Assembly (NCBI GenBank): GCA_023334545.1
Contig: JAADVB010000161.1
Span: 1-43,838 of the forward strand
Direction: 5' to 3'
Source: Salisapilia sapeloensis CBS 127946
Taxonomy: Eukaryota > Protista > Oomycota
Length of the DNA stretch: 43,838 nucleotides
Position numbers and translations under genes: made by a program. Positions 9,817-19,223 of this stretch are shown here, piece after piece. Within the stretch, counting starts at the first letter, position 1; every line of letters starts with the position of its first letter. Under the pieces are notes generated by a model that saw nothing but the letters and a program-made list of their open reading frames with translations, made no database searches and had not been told where the DNA came from.

Positions 9817-11559
9817 TTAACGCTGCTTAGTCTGCCAGTCCTTGGGTTCATACACAGATGCAGTCGACTTTGGCAGAGGAGTCTTGCCCAGGATAATGTC
9901 CGCAGCCTTTTCGGCCACCATGATCGTCGGACCGTTCAGGTTACCACTGACAATGTTGGGCATAATGGACGCATCGACGACACGGAGACCTTCGACGCCA
10001 TGCACCTTTGTCTGACTGTCCACGACCGTGTTCTCACCGTCACCCATTCGGTTCGTGCACGACGGATGGTAAGCACTCTCGGTGTTCTGACGCACCCACG
10101 CATCGATCTCTTCATCCGTCATATTGTTCTTGGACGGAGACACCGGCTCGCCGCGGAACTCGTCCATCGTCTTCTGCTCCAGAATCTCTTGCGTCAACCT
10201 CACGGCTGCACGCATATCCTCCACATCCTCCGGCGTAGACAGATAGTTCGGTTCGATGATCGGATGCGCACGGGGATCCTTGCTCTTGAGCTTCAAGTAA
10301 CCTCGGCTCGTGGCCCGCATCGGCGACGCATGCGCTTGCATGGCGTGGTACGGACCAGGCGTGAGCTGTCCAGTCAAAGACCCTGGCAGGAAGTGGTACT
10401 GGATGTCGGGCTGGACCTTGCCAGGCTTGCTCCGGATGAAGCCGCCGGACTCGAGGTGTGCCGAGGCGCCCATGCCGGTCTGGTTCATGAGCCACTGGAG
10501 ACCGATCTTGACCATGTTGTGCGGATACTTCCACGTCGCGTTATGCAGCGTAATGGGTTTCGTGACCTTGTACTGGATGTATAGATCCAAGTGGTCCTCC
10601 ATGTTCTGTCCGACGGCAGGCAGGTCCTGGACGACGTCAATGTCCATCTCCTTGAGGTGGGAAGCATCGCCAACTCCCGACAGCATCAGGAGCTGCGGAG
10701 AGTTGATCGCTCCGCCGGATAAAATCACTTCTTTACTAGCCATGTATTTTGTCTTGCTACTCGTGTCCTTCTGGTTCTCCGTATCAATACCGACAGCTCG
10801 TTTGCCTTCGAACAAGACTTTGTTCACGAACGTATCGGTCACGACTTCCAAGTTCGATCGATCCATGACAGGACGCAAGTAAGCTGACGCAGTGTTCCAT
10901 CGACGTCCGTCCTTGATCGTCATGTCCATCCAGCCAAAACCTTCCTGCTGATAGCCGTTCATGTCCTCCGTGAACGGATATCCGGCCTCGACACCGGCGT
11001 CAATGAACTTTTGGAACAGGATCTGGTCCTTCTGAGATCCTCTCGACACATGCAAAGGTCCTTCGCCACCACGATAGTCGTCAGATCCGAGCTCATGCGT
11101 CTGCGACTTGCGAAAGTAGGGCAGACACTCATGGTAACTCCAGCCTTTCGCGCCGCTACGTTCCCAATCGTCATAGTCATTCGCGTGTCCACGAATGTAG
11201 ACCATGGCGTTGAGCGACGAAGAGCCTCCGAGGACACGGCCTCGAGGCCACGGCAGACGACGGCCGTCCAAATGCTTCTGAGGCTCCGTGTAATAATACC
11301 AGTTATACTTGTCATTCGCGAGATTGTACGTGAGAGCTGCAGGCATGTGGATCTTCCAAAAGTCCCACGACTTGTTATCCGGCGGCCCGGCTTCCACGAG
11401 CAGCACCTTGTTGCTCGGATCTTCCGACAAGCGGTTCGCGAGGACGCAGCCAGCGGATCCACCACCGACGATGACGTAGTCATATTCAGCCGTCGAAGTA
11501 CTTAGCGACCGAGAGAGCGACGCAATGCGACGAGAGGGACGGAGAGCTTGGCGAAGCAT
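9817..11559 (-). CDS. CHDH: Choline dehydrogenase, mitochondrial (GMC oxidoreductase)
   Basis: Arg/Ser-rich presequence, FAD motif DYVIVGGGSAGCVLANRLSE, PRGRVLGGSSSLNAMVYIRG, catalytic AYHPSCT and NLNGPTIMVAEK; single exon. Confidence 0.95.
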   Translation of the reverse strand: MLRQALRPSRRIASLSRSLSTSTAEYDYVIVGGGSAGCVLANRLSEDPSNKVLLVEAGPPDNKSWDFWKIHMPAALTYNLANDKYNWYYYTEPQKHLDGRRLPWPRGRVLGGSSSLNAMVYIRGHANDYDDWERSGAKGWSYHECLPYFRKSQTHELGSDDYRGGEGPLHVSRGSQKDQILFQKFIDAGVEAGYPFTEDMNGYQQEGFGWMDMTIKDGRRWNTASAYLRPVMDRSNLEVVTDTFVNKVLFEGKRAVGIDTENQKDTSSKTKYMASKEVILSGGAINSPQLLMLSGVGDASHLKEMDIDVVQDLPAVGQNMEDHLDLYIQYKVTKPITLHNATWKYPHNMVKIGLQWLMNQTGMGASAHLESGGFIRSKPGKVQPDIQYHFLPGSLTGQLTPGPYHAMQAHASPMRATSRGYLKLKSKDPRAHPIIEPNYLSTPEDVEDMRAAVRLTQEILEQKTMDEFRGEPVSPSKNNMTDEEIDAWVRQNTESAYHPSCTNRMGDGENTVVDSQTKVHGVEGLRVVDASIMPNIVSGNLNGPTIMVAEKAADIILGKTPLPKSTASVYEPKDWQTKQR

Positions 11560-11754
11560 GGTCGAGACTTGTCAAGTCGAGAGAAAGTTTTGTTTTGTTG
11601 GTAGGAACACGGGGAGGAAGGTTGGTAGCTCGAGTACGATTTGAGCTGGCTATAGTTAGATTGGTATGAAACGATCTTGAAACGGCGGAAAGATGGTTTG
11701 CAAAGCCATGCGGATAGATCTGGAAATTTGGTCGAGTGATACTTTAGCCACCAA

Positions 11755-11838
11755 ATGGCGTTTAGACTGACATGGTAAGCAATACGAAGGAGCTCGATGG
11801 CGTTTAGAGTACCTTGGTAAGCAATTACGAGGTGCTCT
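11755..11838. repeat. Imperfect 42-bp tandem duplication
   Basis: ATGGCGTTTAGA-N6-TGGTAAGCAAT occurs at 11755 and 11797, exactly 42 nt apart. Confidence 0.85.
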
Positions 11839-12571
11839 CTAAGACCTGCTGTCCATGAAATGGCCATGTTGATTGATAGATAGAAGATCGCATTCGGAGC
11901 TTAGTACATGTGTACTCACTTTAGTGGATGCTGTCACGGACAAGATCCGACTGTCTCGAGACGATGGCCTTCGTCGGATCCACTCGGAAGCATCCGTTTC
12001 ATCACTTCAAACGCTTCCTTGCGTGTCCCATGACCAGTCCAAGCGGATCTCTTCTATTCACGCTATCTCTCCCTGCGTGTACATATCACTACATATCCAA
12101 GTACCAGTACTCTACAAGTACCAACTAGACTCGAGAAAACCTTGAGAACGAAAACGAATATACGACCTTGCATACATGAACACGAACACTTCATGACGTA
12201 GAAACTTACTTGACAAAACCAGTCCAAGAGACATACATGGAAGAACACTTCCTCCTGCCTTCGTCTAGAATGCATGCTCCTACTGTACGTCCATCGAAAA
12301 ACGATACTTCTCTCACCTCTTCCACTCCGTCGAGACATCTTCCTCCTATTCATTTTATGAATGCATACGTGTCTCTCCGTCCAGACCAGAAAAGCTCTTG
12401 AGACCTCGTCGTGACAATTTTCGCTTCAGAAGTGCCCAGGCTGCTCGGCAGGAACATTCCGTCCATCGAAAGGCCACAATCTATCCGTCTATTTATTCCA
12501 TCTTCCAGTCGCATCACGTTTCAGTATACACCCTCACACCTCCATACGAGCCTTTGCAATAATCCACCAGC

Positions 12572-14899
12572 ATGAGCCATGAAGAGGACCAACTACCGGC
12601 TCATAAACGCCGAGCTGGACGTATTGAAAGTCTGCACGAGTTCCAGCAACGTGCGCTCACCTATAGCCCCGATACGTCACCAGGGACGAGTGAGGACCAT
12701 AGCTACTCGATCTTCCTACGACCAGAGTCGAGTCCGCACTTAAGCTTGTCTGACGCCAGCGGCGACGATGACAATGCCTCGTTTCGACCCCGCATGACCT
12801 CTCGGTCTCGCTCCTTGCGCTCGCTCTTTGGCAATAACCGACGTCGGAACAAGACCTTCTGGCACTACTATCGTCAACAAGCCAAGCTCATCTCGTTCCT
12901 CATCCTCCTCGGTGTCATCGCCGGTCCGCTCAACTACGCCATGAAGAGCCTGTACGGTCTCATCTTCGACCTACGTGCCTACCTCATCGACCTCACGTCC
13001 AACTACACAGCACAGTACATCATCTGGACAGCACATACGCTCGTGTTTAGTCAAATCGGTCTCCTCTTCACTCGCCTATCTCCCGTCGCAGCAGGCTCTG
13101 GCGTCTCGCAGATCAAGTCCATCCTCACTGGCATCGACCCACGCATGTACCTCCCAGGCTACTTTGACTTCTACACGCTAATCGCCAAGATCGGCGGACT
13201 CATCTGTGCCATGGGCGCAGGACTCGTCGTTGGCACCGAAGGTGCCTACGTCCACATCATGTCTATCGTCACGCACCACGTCCTCCTCTCTCCACCCTTT
13301 CGAGGCTTCAGCCAGAGCCTCAACGCCCGCATGCAGCTCCTCGCCGCCGCCTGCGCCGTTGGTGTCGCTGCCACCTTCTCCTCCCCAATCGGTGGTGTCC
13401 TCTTCTCACTCGAGGTTACCGCGACCTACTACCTCGTCAGCAACTACATGAAAGCCTTTATCAGCTCCGTCTCGGGCGCCCTTATGCTCAAACTCATGCG
13501 CGTGTGGTTCGACACGAGGGAGTCGTCCGTGCGTCTCATCACGTATCCGGACGACCCGTACGCCATGTGGGAGCTCTGCTTCTTTGCGCTGACAGGCATC
13601 CTCCTCGGTCTTGTCGCAACCTTTGTCATCTTCCTCATCCGCGTCACAGCTACTTGGCGAGCAGATTGGAAGAAGAGCGACGAAAAGTGGAAAGTCTGGT
13701 ACCTCACGTGGATGGACCCGATCGTCGTAGCGATCGTCTGTGCCGCATGCACCTTCTTCCCTGGCCAGTTCTCCCAGAACCCATCCATGATGGACGTGAA
13801 TGAGCTCTTCGCACCAGACGAACTAGGAGGCGCATGGACCTCCATCTCCATTTACTATTCCCTATCTATCTTGGGTTGCGTCTACGCCTTCCTCCTTCCC
13901 CTCTGCATCACGCTCAAACTCCCCACGGGCGTATGGGTACCTACCTTTATCGCCGGCGCCGCGTTCGGTCGGCTCATCGGCGAATTCGTCGCCTTCCTCT
14001 TCCCCCACGCGAACATCTATCCTGGCTGCTATGCCCTCGCCGGTGCAGCTGCCTTCGCCGGCGTCGCCACCGGCACTGTCTCGGCTGCCGTCATCACGCT
14101 CGAGATCACTGGTCTCATGTCCTTGATCTTACCCATCTTCGTCTCGACCTTGTGTGCCATCGGCGCGTCCAACCTCTGGAAAGAACGCTCTGTCTACGAT
14201 ACGCTGCTCCTCGTAAGCAAACTGCCGTACCTCCCACTCATCGACTTTGACACGGACGTCACGGCGTCTCATATCCTCGAGCCGAACCTCGTGTACGTGA
14301 CGAAACGTAGCTCTGTCGCGAAACTTCTCTTAGCTGTCCAACGTCTACCACGAAACGACATTCCGGTCGTCCAGAACGAAGACAATATGCTCCTACTAGG
14401 TGTCGTTGGCAATACGCAACTACGAGATATGATCCGTAACTATTATACGAAATACAACCTCCCAGACGTCGAGGTGGACCTTGGAGAAGAGGTCAAGACC
14501 GTCCATAACAAGTTCTCGTGGGGGACGATCATGGAAAAGTTCTCGTGGAACGATGAAGGAGGACTTAATGGCTTTGCGTCCGTCGACCAGACGTACAACC
14601 AACTGACGTCCTCGAGAGACGTCAAGGCTGGTGGCGTGCCGTTCATGCTAGATGACGACAAGATGCTGCAGCTCCTCTACCAAGGATGGTCGCCGGACAA
14701 GAGGCAGGTGCTTGCGCAGAGCATGAAGGTGTCATCGGCCATCCGACCGATCGGCATGACTGTCTCTAGTGCCACGCCGCTAGATGACTTGCACATGATC
14801 TTCACGATGCTTCGGCTAGACCATTGCCTCATCTGCGACCACGGAGCGCTCACTGGTGTCGTGACGACGAAAGGACTGCTTGGCGCAGGAACGTACTAA
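12572..14899 (+). CDS. CLC-family chloride channel with C-terminal CBS region (ClC-1/2-like signature)
   Basis: GSGVSQIK, GTEGA (gating Glu), PIGGVLFSLEVT, GVWVP and SVYD motifs; many TM helices; single exon of 775 aa. Confidence 0.93.
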   Translation: MSHEEDQLPAHKRRAGRIESLHEFQQRALTYSPDTSPGTSEDHSYSIFLRPESSPHLSLSDASGDDDNASFRPRMTSRSRSLRSLFGNNRRRNKTFWHYYRQQAKLISFLILLGVIAGPLNYAMKSLYGLIFDLRAYLIDLTSNYTAQYIIWTAHTLVFSQIGLLFTRLSPVAAGSGVSQIKSILTGIDPRMYLPGYFDFYTLIAKIGGLICAMGAGLVVGTEGAYVHIMSIVTHHVLLSPPFRGFSQSLNARMQLLAAACAVGVAATFSSPIGGVLFSLEVTATYYLVSNYMKAFISSVSGALMLKLMRVWFDTRESSVRLITYPDDPYAMWELCFFALTGILLGLVATFVIFLIRVTATWRADWKKSDEKWKVWYLTWMDPIVVAIVCAACTFFPGQFSQNPSMMDVNELFAPDELGGAWTSISIYYSLSILGCVYAFLLPLCITLKLPTGVWVPTFIAGAAFGRLIGEFVAFLFPHANIYPGCYALAGAAAFAGVATGTVSAAVITLEITGLMSLILPIFVSTLCAIGASNLWKERSVYDTLLLVSKLPYLPLIDFDTDVTASHILEPNLVYVTKRSSVAKLLLAVQRLPRNDIPVVQNEDNMLLLGVVGNTQLRDMIRNYYTKYNLPDVEVDLGEEVKTVHNKFSWGTIMEKFSWNDEGGLNGFASVDQTYNQLTSSRDVKAGGVPFMLDDDKMLQLLYQGWSPDKRQVLAQSMKVSSAIRPIGMTVSSATPLDDLHMIFTMLRLDHCLICDHGALTGVVTTKGLLGAGTY

Positions 14900-14950
14900 A
14901 CTTGTCAATTAGGAATAAACAACTTGCATGTATTCTTTGGTCTCTAGTGT

Positions 14951-15703
14951 CTAGAGCATCGTCACTGGTTGCTGTCGACGGAACGTTAGGTAGACGGGAG
15001 ACGCTGCACTCGCCAGGAGCTTGATGTTATCTTCGAAACTACTGGACGTAATGCTCTTCTTGTTGATCGCGACGAGGACGTCGCCGACGGAAATGATGCG
15101 AGCGGCGACAGTCGGACTCTCGCTGTTGTTTTCAAAATCTACGAAACCTCCTACGACCATGTCGGATCCTATCGCACTACTTAGTCTCGACCTCGTCGGC
15201 TGTCGTCTTAATCACGTACCATTCATCCGGAGAGACATGCCCAGTCCTTCCTCTCGCTTTGGCACAGCGACGTCGTACACGTAGTCTGTCTGGAGAGGCA
15301 CGAGAAGCTCGTTCATGACGCTCGCGACGAAATCGGCGCGGAGAGACGGATGCATGCCCAAGGTCGATAAAGCCACGGTCGCCGCGACGCTGTCTGGGAC
15401 GTAGTTCCCGAACAAGACGAGCATCTCCATGACCTCCTGTGGAAGCTGCAATGACGTCGTATTGCATCGAGGACACTTGCGTTCTACTATCTGCCGAAAT
15501 GCAATGTCTGCCGTCGGCACACGGACCACGAGCTGGCACGTCTCGCACACACCCAGCATCTGCGTCGCTTTTGGTTCATCCGAAGGTGGCATCGCAGGAG
15601 CACCCGTCTGCAACATCGTCCCAGGCATACTATCTATCGGCCCCGAGTGCCGAATCGGCTCAAAGACGCCGGAAAACCCGTCCGAAGCTCCGCCCTGCTG
15701 CAT
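14951..15703 (-). CDS. CxxC-CxxC zinc-ribbon plus C-terminal PDZ protein, ~233 aa
   Basis: Exons 15703-15220 and 15168-14951 (51-nt intron). CETC...CPRC, then PDZ: EEGLGMSLRMNGSDMVVGGF...ISVGDVLVAINKKSI...LLASAASPVYLTFRR. Confidence 0.8.
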
Positions 15704-15988
15704 CCTGCCTATGTGTCCAGCTACTCGTGTCAAACAAACCATTTCATATCTATCCGGGCACTTTATTTATATATTGAGATATATCCGTCCAATATAGTAA
15801 TTAAACAAAACACTTACAAATTTCTATACCACACACATTTTACTTTTAGTATGGTACTAATATTGAGTGTGTAGAAAGAGAATAGACTGTATCTAGAGTA
15901 AACGCGATCCAAAAGCGCGGGAAAAGTGCAACGTTCACACTTCAATCTTCCGGCTCGCGCGCACTTCCTCCGACCTCTAGCTAGGACC

Positions 15989-18900
15989 ATGGCAGATGTA
16001 GCAACGTCAGTAGATCCTGTTGCTACGGCGTCAGCGCAGGTAGATAGGAACTTAGATGCGGAGGAAGAAGAACAGCCGTATAACCATGCGGACGATAGTG
16101 GCGCAGAGGACATTGCCTTATCGTCGGATGAAGAGCCGATTGCAGGAGATGGCGCGACACTAGATAATGCCATGATGAATGAACTTTTGCTTGTTTGTTC
16201 CAACCTCGGGATGCTCCGTGTGGAGAATGAAGGGGAGGAACCTGTTGTATTACGCAGTGAAGACTGTGAAGAGTGGGTACATGACTTGCAACGTGCGATT
16301 CGACGAGATGATGCACGGACGAAACTCGTGGCGAAACAACTTGGGAAGTGGAAGATCCTGCAAAAGAAACTCTTGCCATTGTTGGTTAATCACCAGCACG
16401 ATCGTGCGCTTGTGTTCTCGCTTCTCAAGGTTCTTGTCATGCTGACAATGAAACCAGACAAGGACTCGACGAACGTAGCGCAGCAATTGCGCTACCTTCG
16501 AGCATATAAATATGCATTCTTACAGCAAAAGGTACTTTCAGTGCTCATGAATTTACTATTGGAGCCACTTTCGAAACGAAATAGCGCAAGAACGTCTGAG
16601 GATTACTTGAACATGGAACTCGTCTTGACGCTCGTTCGGAATCTTCTTGCAGTTCCAAATGAACACCCGAGTGCTGTCACGTCCGGAACCATCTACCTGT
16701 CCCACGTCCATGAAGACCTGATCTGTGCTCTTCATGAAGAATCCGCGTACGAAATGATCTTGCTATTCGCACAGGACATGGACTCGGCTGAAAATCGGGA
16801 GTGGGATCTATTGGTGATGGAGATTCTAGACTTGACGCTGGATGCGTCTACACCAGAGAATGTCATGCACTTTGTAAAGTCACAAAGCACCCACAATCAA
16901 CCGAAAAAGAAAGGCCTGATGGATAACCTAGAGCAGGAGAAAGCAGGACATAAACCTACTGCGCGTCGTCACTCGAATTTTGGAGGTGTCATCGCGTTGA
17001 AAGGTCCGACAGGTCGCAATACAGTCTTGACGGACTTTAGCAAGAGTGGCGGACCGAATCAGATGCCGGAAGCACCGAAGAAACCGTTGCAAAAGGCGCG
17101 TGGTAGACGAAGGAGAGACGCTCCAGCGCCTGAATTCGACCAAGTTTTTCACTCGAGTGAAAAGACGAGCTCATCGGACACGAAGACGATGCGTGTGCTT
17201 CTCGAAATCTGCGACTCCGTCCTGAAAAAGTCATATTTTCAACTCACGACGTGTCTTAAGACCGAGTTCCGTCGCGGCAGCAGCAAACTCGTCGCGACGG
17301 ATCGTCTCCAGTACTTTCACCTGATCTACTTCTTCACGAGTTTCCATCGACAGAGGACACACCACCTTCGCTCGACGTACCAGAAACAGTGTCGTCAATG
17401 CGAAAAAGACGGACGTGCGAAACCACCAGCTCCTGCCCTGAACGAAACGAGCATCCTGTCGACACTTGACATGTTCTCTTTCAACTTTGTGCTCCAATCC
17501 ATCGAGTCTTATGCTTCCATGAAGAACCACCACGGTATGACCATTGCCGTTCGTCTCTTGACCGAGATGCTGGCCTTCCTGTCCGACCTAACGGTCTCTG
17601 GTGACGCCAAAGCGCAGCGCATTGCCGACAGTCTCCAGCACAAACTCCTGTACGAGCGCGACTTTCTCGACCGTCTTCCCGTCCTTTTAAAGTCATGGAC
17701 GCCAGGCTTGTTTCCCCAAAGCTATGTCCACGACGTCGTAACTTTAACGCATTTGGTGTTCAAAGTCTTGGACGCACAGGGTAGTATCAAAGTCCTGTCA
17801 CGTCGGAAAAAGTACTTGGCAAAAGACCACGAAGAAGAGGAAGAAGACAAAGCGCAGCTGCTCATGGAGATGCAACGGAAGGAAGCTGAGTTTGATCTCG
17901 GTCGATACTTTCTATCCTTTTTGTCCTTCGATACGATCAAAATGTACACCCACCTGCTCCAGTCCTATCGTACGAATGGACCTCGACTCAACCACTTCAT
18001 CCACGCCTTCTTTCATCGCGTGAAACACTTTCGCATCTACAAGGAAGAGCAACATACGATGGAACCGCTGCTATTCAACCTACGTCTCTTATCCACCTTC
18101 AACCGTATGCTCCAAGACACGTGGGTCACGAGTCAAAGGGACATGCAACCATTCCTGACGTTCATCAAACAAGTCGTCTCATCCTTCTTCGCACTAGCTG
18201 ACAAGAACCGCCTCTTGTTCGTCGAAAGCTTCTTGCGACAACCATACGCCAAGACATCGTGTCTTCAGATGCAGACAAGCTACCTCCCAACGGACACGAT
18301 GCGTCGGTCGAAAGCGGAGGCCGTTGCACTCGGCCGGAAGGAAGAACTAGATAGATTAGGAGAAATACGAAAGCAAAAGATCCAAGCGGATCAGAAGGAA
18401 CTGGAGGGAGAGGCAGAGGTGGACTTTACGTTGCAACCAGAAGACTTTTCCTCCTCTCTCATGCGTTTTCGAGATGATGAAGAGATCATTGATCAAGACG
18501 GACAAGAGGAGGCTGTCACGGCCTCTTTTGCGTCTCGACTCCCGAAAAAGAGTGTCAAGGGAGGGAGAGCGCAGACGTGGACCAAGGTCGAAGATCGATA
18601 CTTGGCCAAAGCATATCAAAAGTATAAACACCTGCCGTCCGTGTATGAAGTCCTGAGCTATGAAGATATGTTCCAGGATCGAGATCGGACACCAGAGCAG
18701 ATCGAACGACGTGTGAAGATGCTGAAACTGCATAAGAAGGAGGGAGAAGAGGAGGAGGAGGAGGAGGAGGAGGAGGAGAGTCAGGCTCAGAGTAAACCTC
18801 GAAGACGATTGAAAAGAGCGTTGGATGGAGATAGCTCCGAGGATGAAGATGACATCCTGAGAGATGTCATGGAAAGAGCGAATATCGCGTCTGGGTCTAC

Positions 18901-19183
18901 TCTTGTATCCTCTAGGAAACGAGGGAGGGATGTACTAGAGGAGGATATGTCTCCATCGAAACGATTACGAGACGCTCGGAACGATGCAGAGATAGAAGCT
19001 CCTACTCAAGTAGATAACGATGCGCCGAATGAACCAGTACAAGAGCATTCAATGGAAACTATGGAAAGAGATACCGACATGCATGCAGATGACGTACAAG
19101 ACAAGAGTACTCGCTACCTCACTCGAACATCTCTAGACAATATCCCTGACCAAGTACCTCCATCCAACGAACAACAGAGCTAG
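15989..19183 (+). CDS. TIMELESS: TIMELESS/Tof1/Swi1 fork-protection protein
   Basis: N-terminal DCEEWVHDLQRAIRRDD...QLGKWKILQKKLLPLL, helical repeats, a C-terminal Myb-like WTKVED...RTPEQIERRV segment and an acidic tail; ATG at 15989. Confidence 0.9.
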   Translation: MADVATSVDPVATASAQVDRNLDAEEEEQPYNHADDSGAEDIALSSDEEPIAGDGATLDNAMMNELLLVCSNLGMLRVENEGEEPVVLRSEDCEEWVHDLQRAIRRDDARTKLVAKQLGKWKILQKKLLPLLVNHQHDRALVFSLLKVLVMLTMKPDKDSTNVAQQLRYLRAYKYAFLQQKVLSVLMNLLLEPLSKRNSARTSEDYLNMELVLTLVRNLLAVPNEHPSAVTSGTIYLSHVHEDLICALHEESAYEMILLFAQDMDSAENREWDLLVMEILDLTLDASTPENVMHFVKSQSTHNQPKKKGLMDNLEQEKAGHKPTARRHSNFGGVIALKGPTGRNTVLTDFSKSGGPNQMPEAPKKPLQKARGRRRRDAPAPEFDQVFHSSEKTSSSDTKTMRVLLEICDSVLKKSYFQLTTCLKTEFRRGSSKLVATDRLQYFHLIYFFTSFHRQRTHHLRSTYQKQCRQCEKDGRAKPPAPALNETSILSTLDMFSFNFVLQSIESYASMKNHHGMTIAVRLLTEMLAFLSDLTVSGDAKAQRIADSLQHKLLYERDFLDRLPVLLKSWTPGLFPQSYVHDVVTLTHLVFKVLDAQGSIKVLSRRKKYLAKDHEEEEEDKAQLLMEMQRKEAEFDLGRYFLSFLSFDTIKMYTHLLQSYRTNGPRLNHFIHAFFHRVKHFRIYKEEQHTMEPLLFNLRLLSTFNRMLQDTWVTSQRDMQPFLTFIKQVVSSFFALADKNRLLFVESFLRQPYAKTSCLQMQTSYLPTDTMRRSKAEAVALGRKEELDRLGEIRKQKIQADQKELEGEAEVDFTLQPEDFSSSLMRFRDDEEIIDQDGQEEAVTASFASRLPKKSVKGGRAQTWTKVEDRYLAKAYQKYKHLPSVYEVLSYEDMFQDRDRTPEQIERRVKMLKLHKKEGEEEEEEEEEEESQAQSKPRRRLKRALDGDSSEDEDDILRDVMERANIASGSTLVSSRKRGRDVLEEDMSPSKRLRDARNDAEIEAPTQVDNDAPNEPVQEHSMETMERDTDMHADDVQDKSTRYLTRTSLDNIPDQVPPSNEQQS
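18749..18778 (+). repeat. (GAG)10 microsatellite encoding poly-Glu in TIMELESS
   Basis: Ten perfect GAG codons after GAA. Confidence 0.95.
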
Positions 19184-19223
19184 TCGATCTCCTCTTTCTC
19201 AAAATATATTCACCTCATGTACA

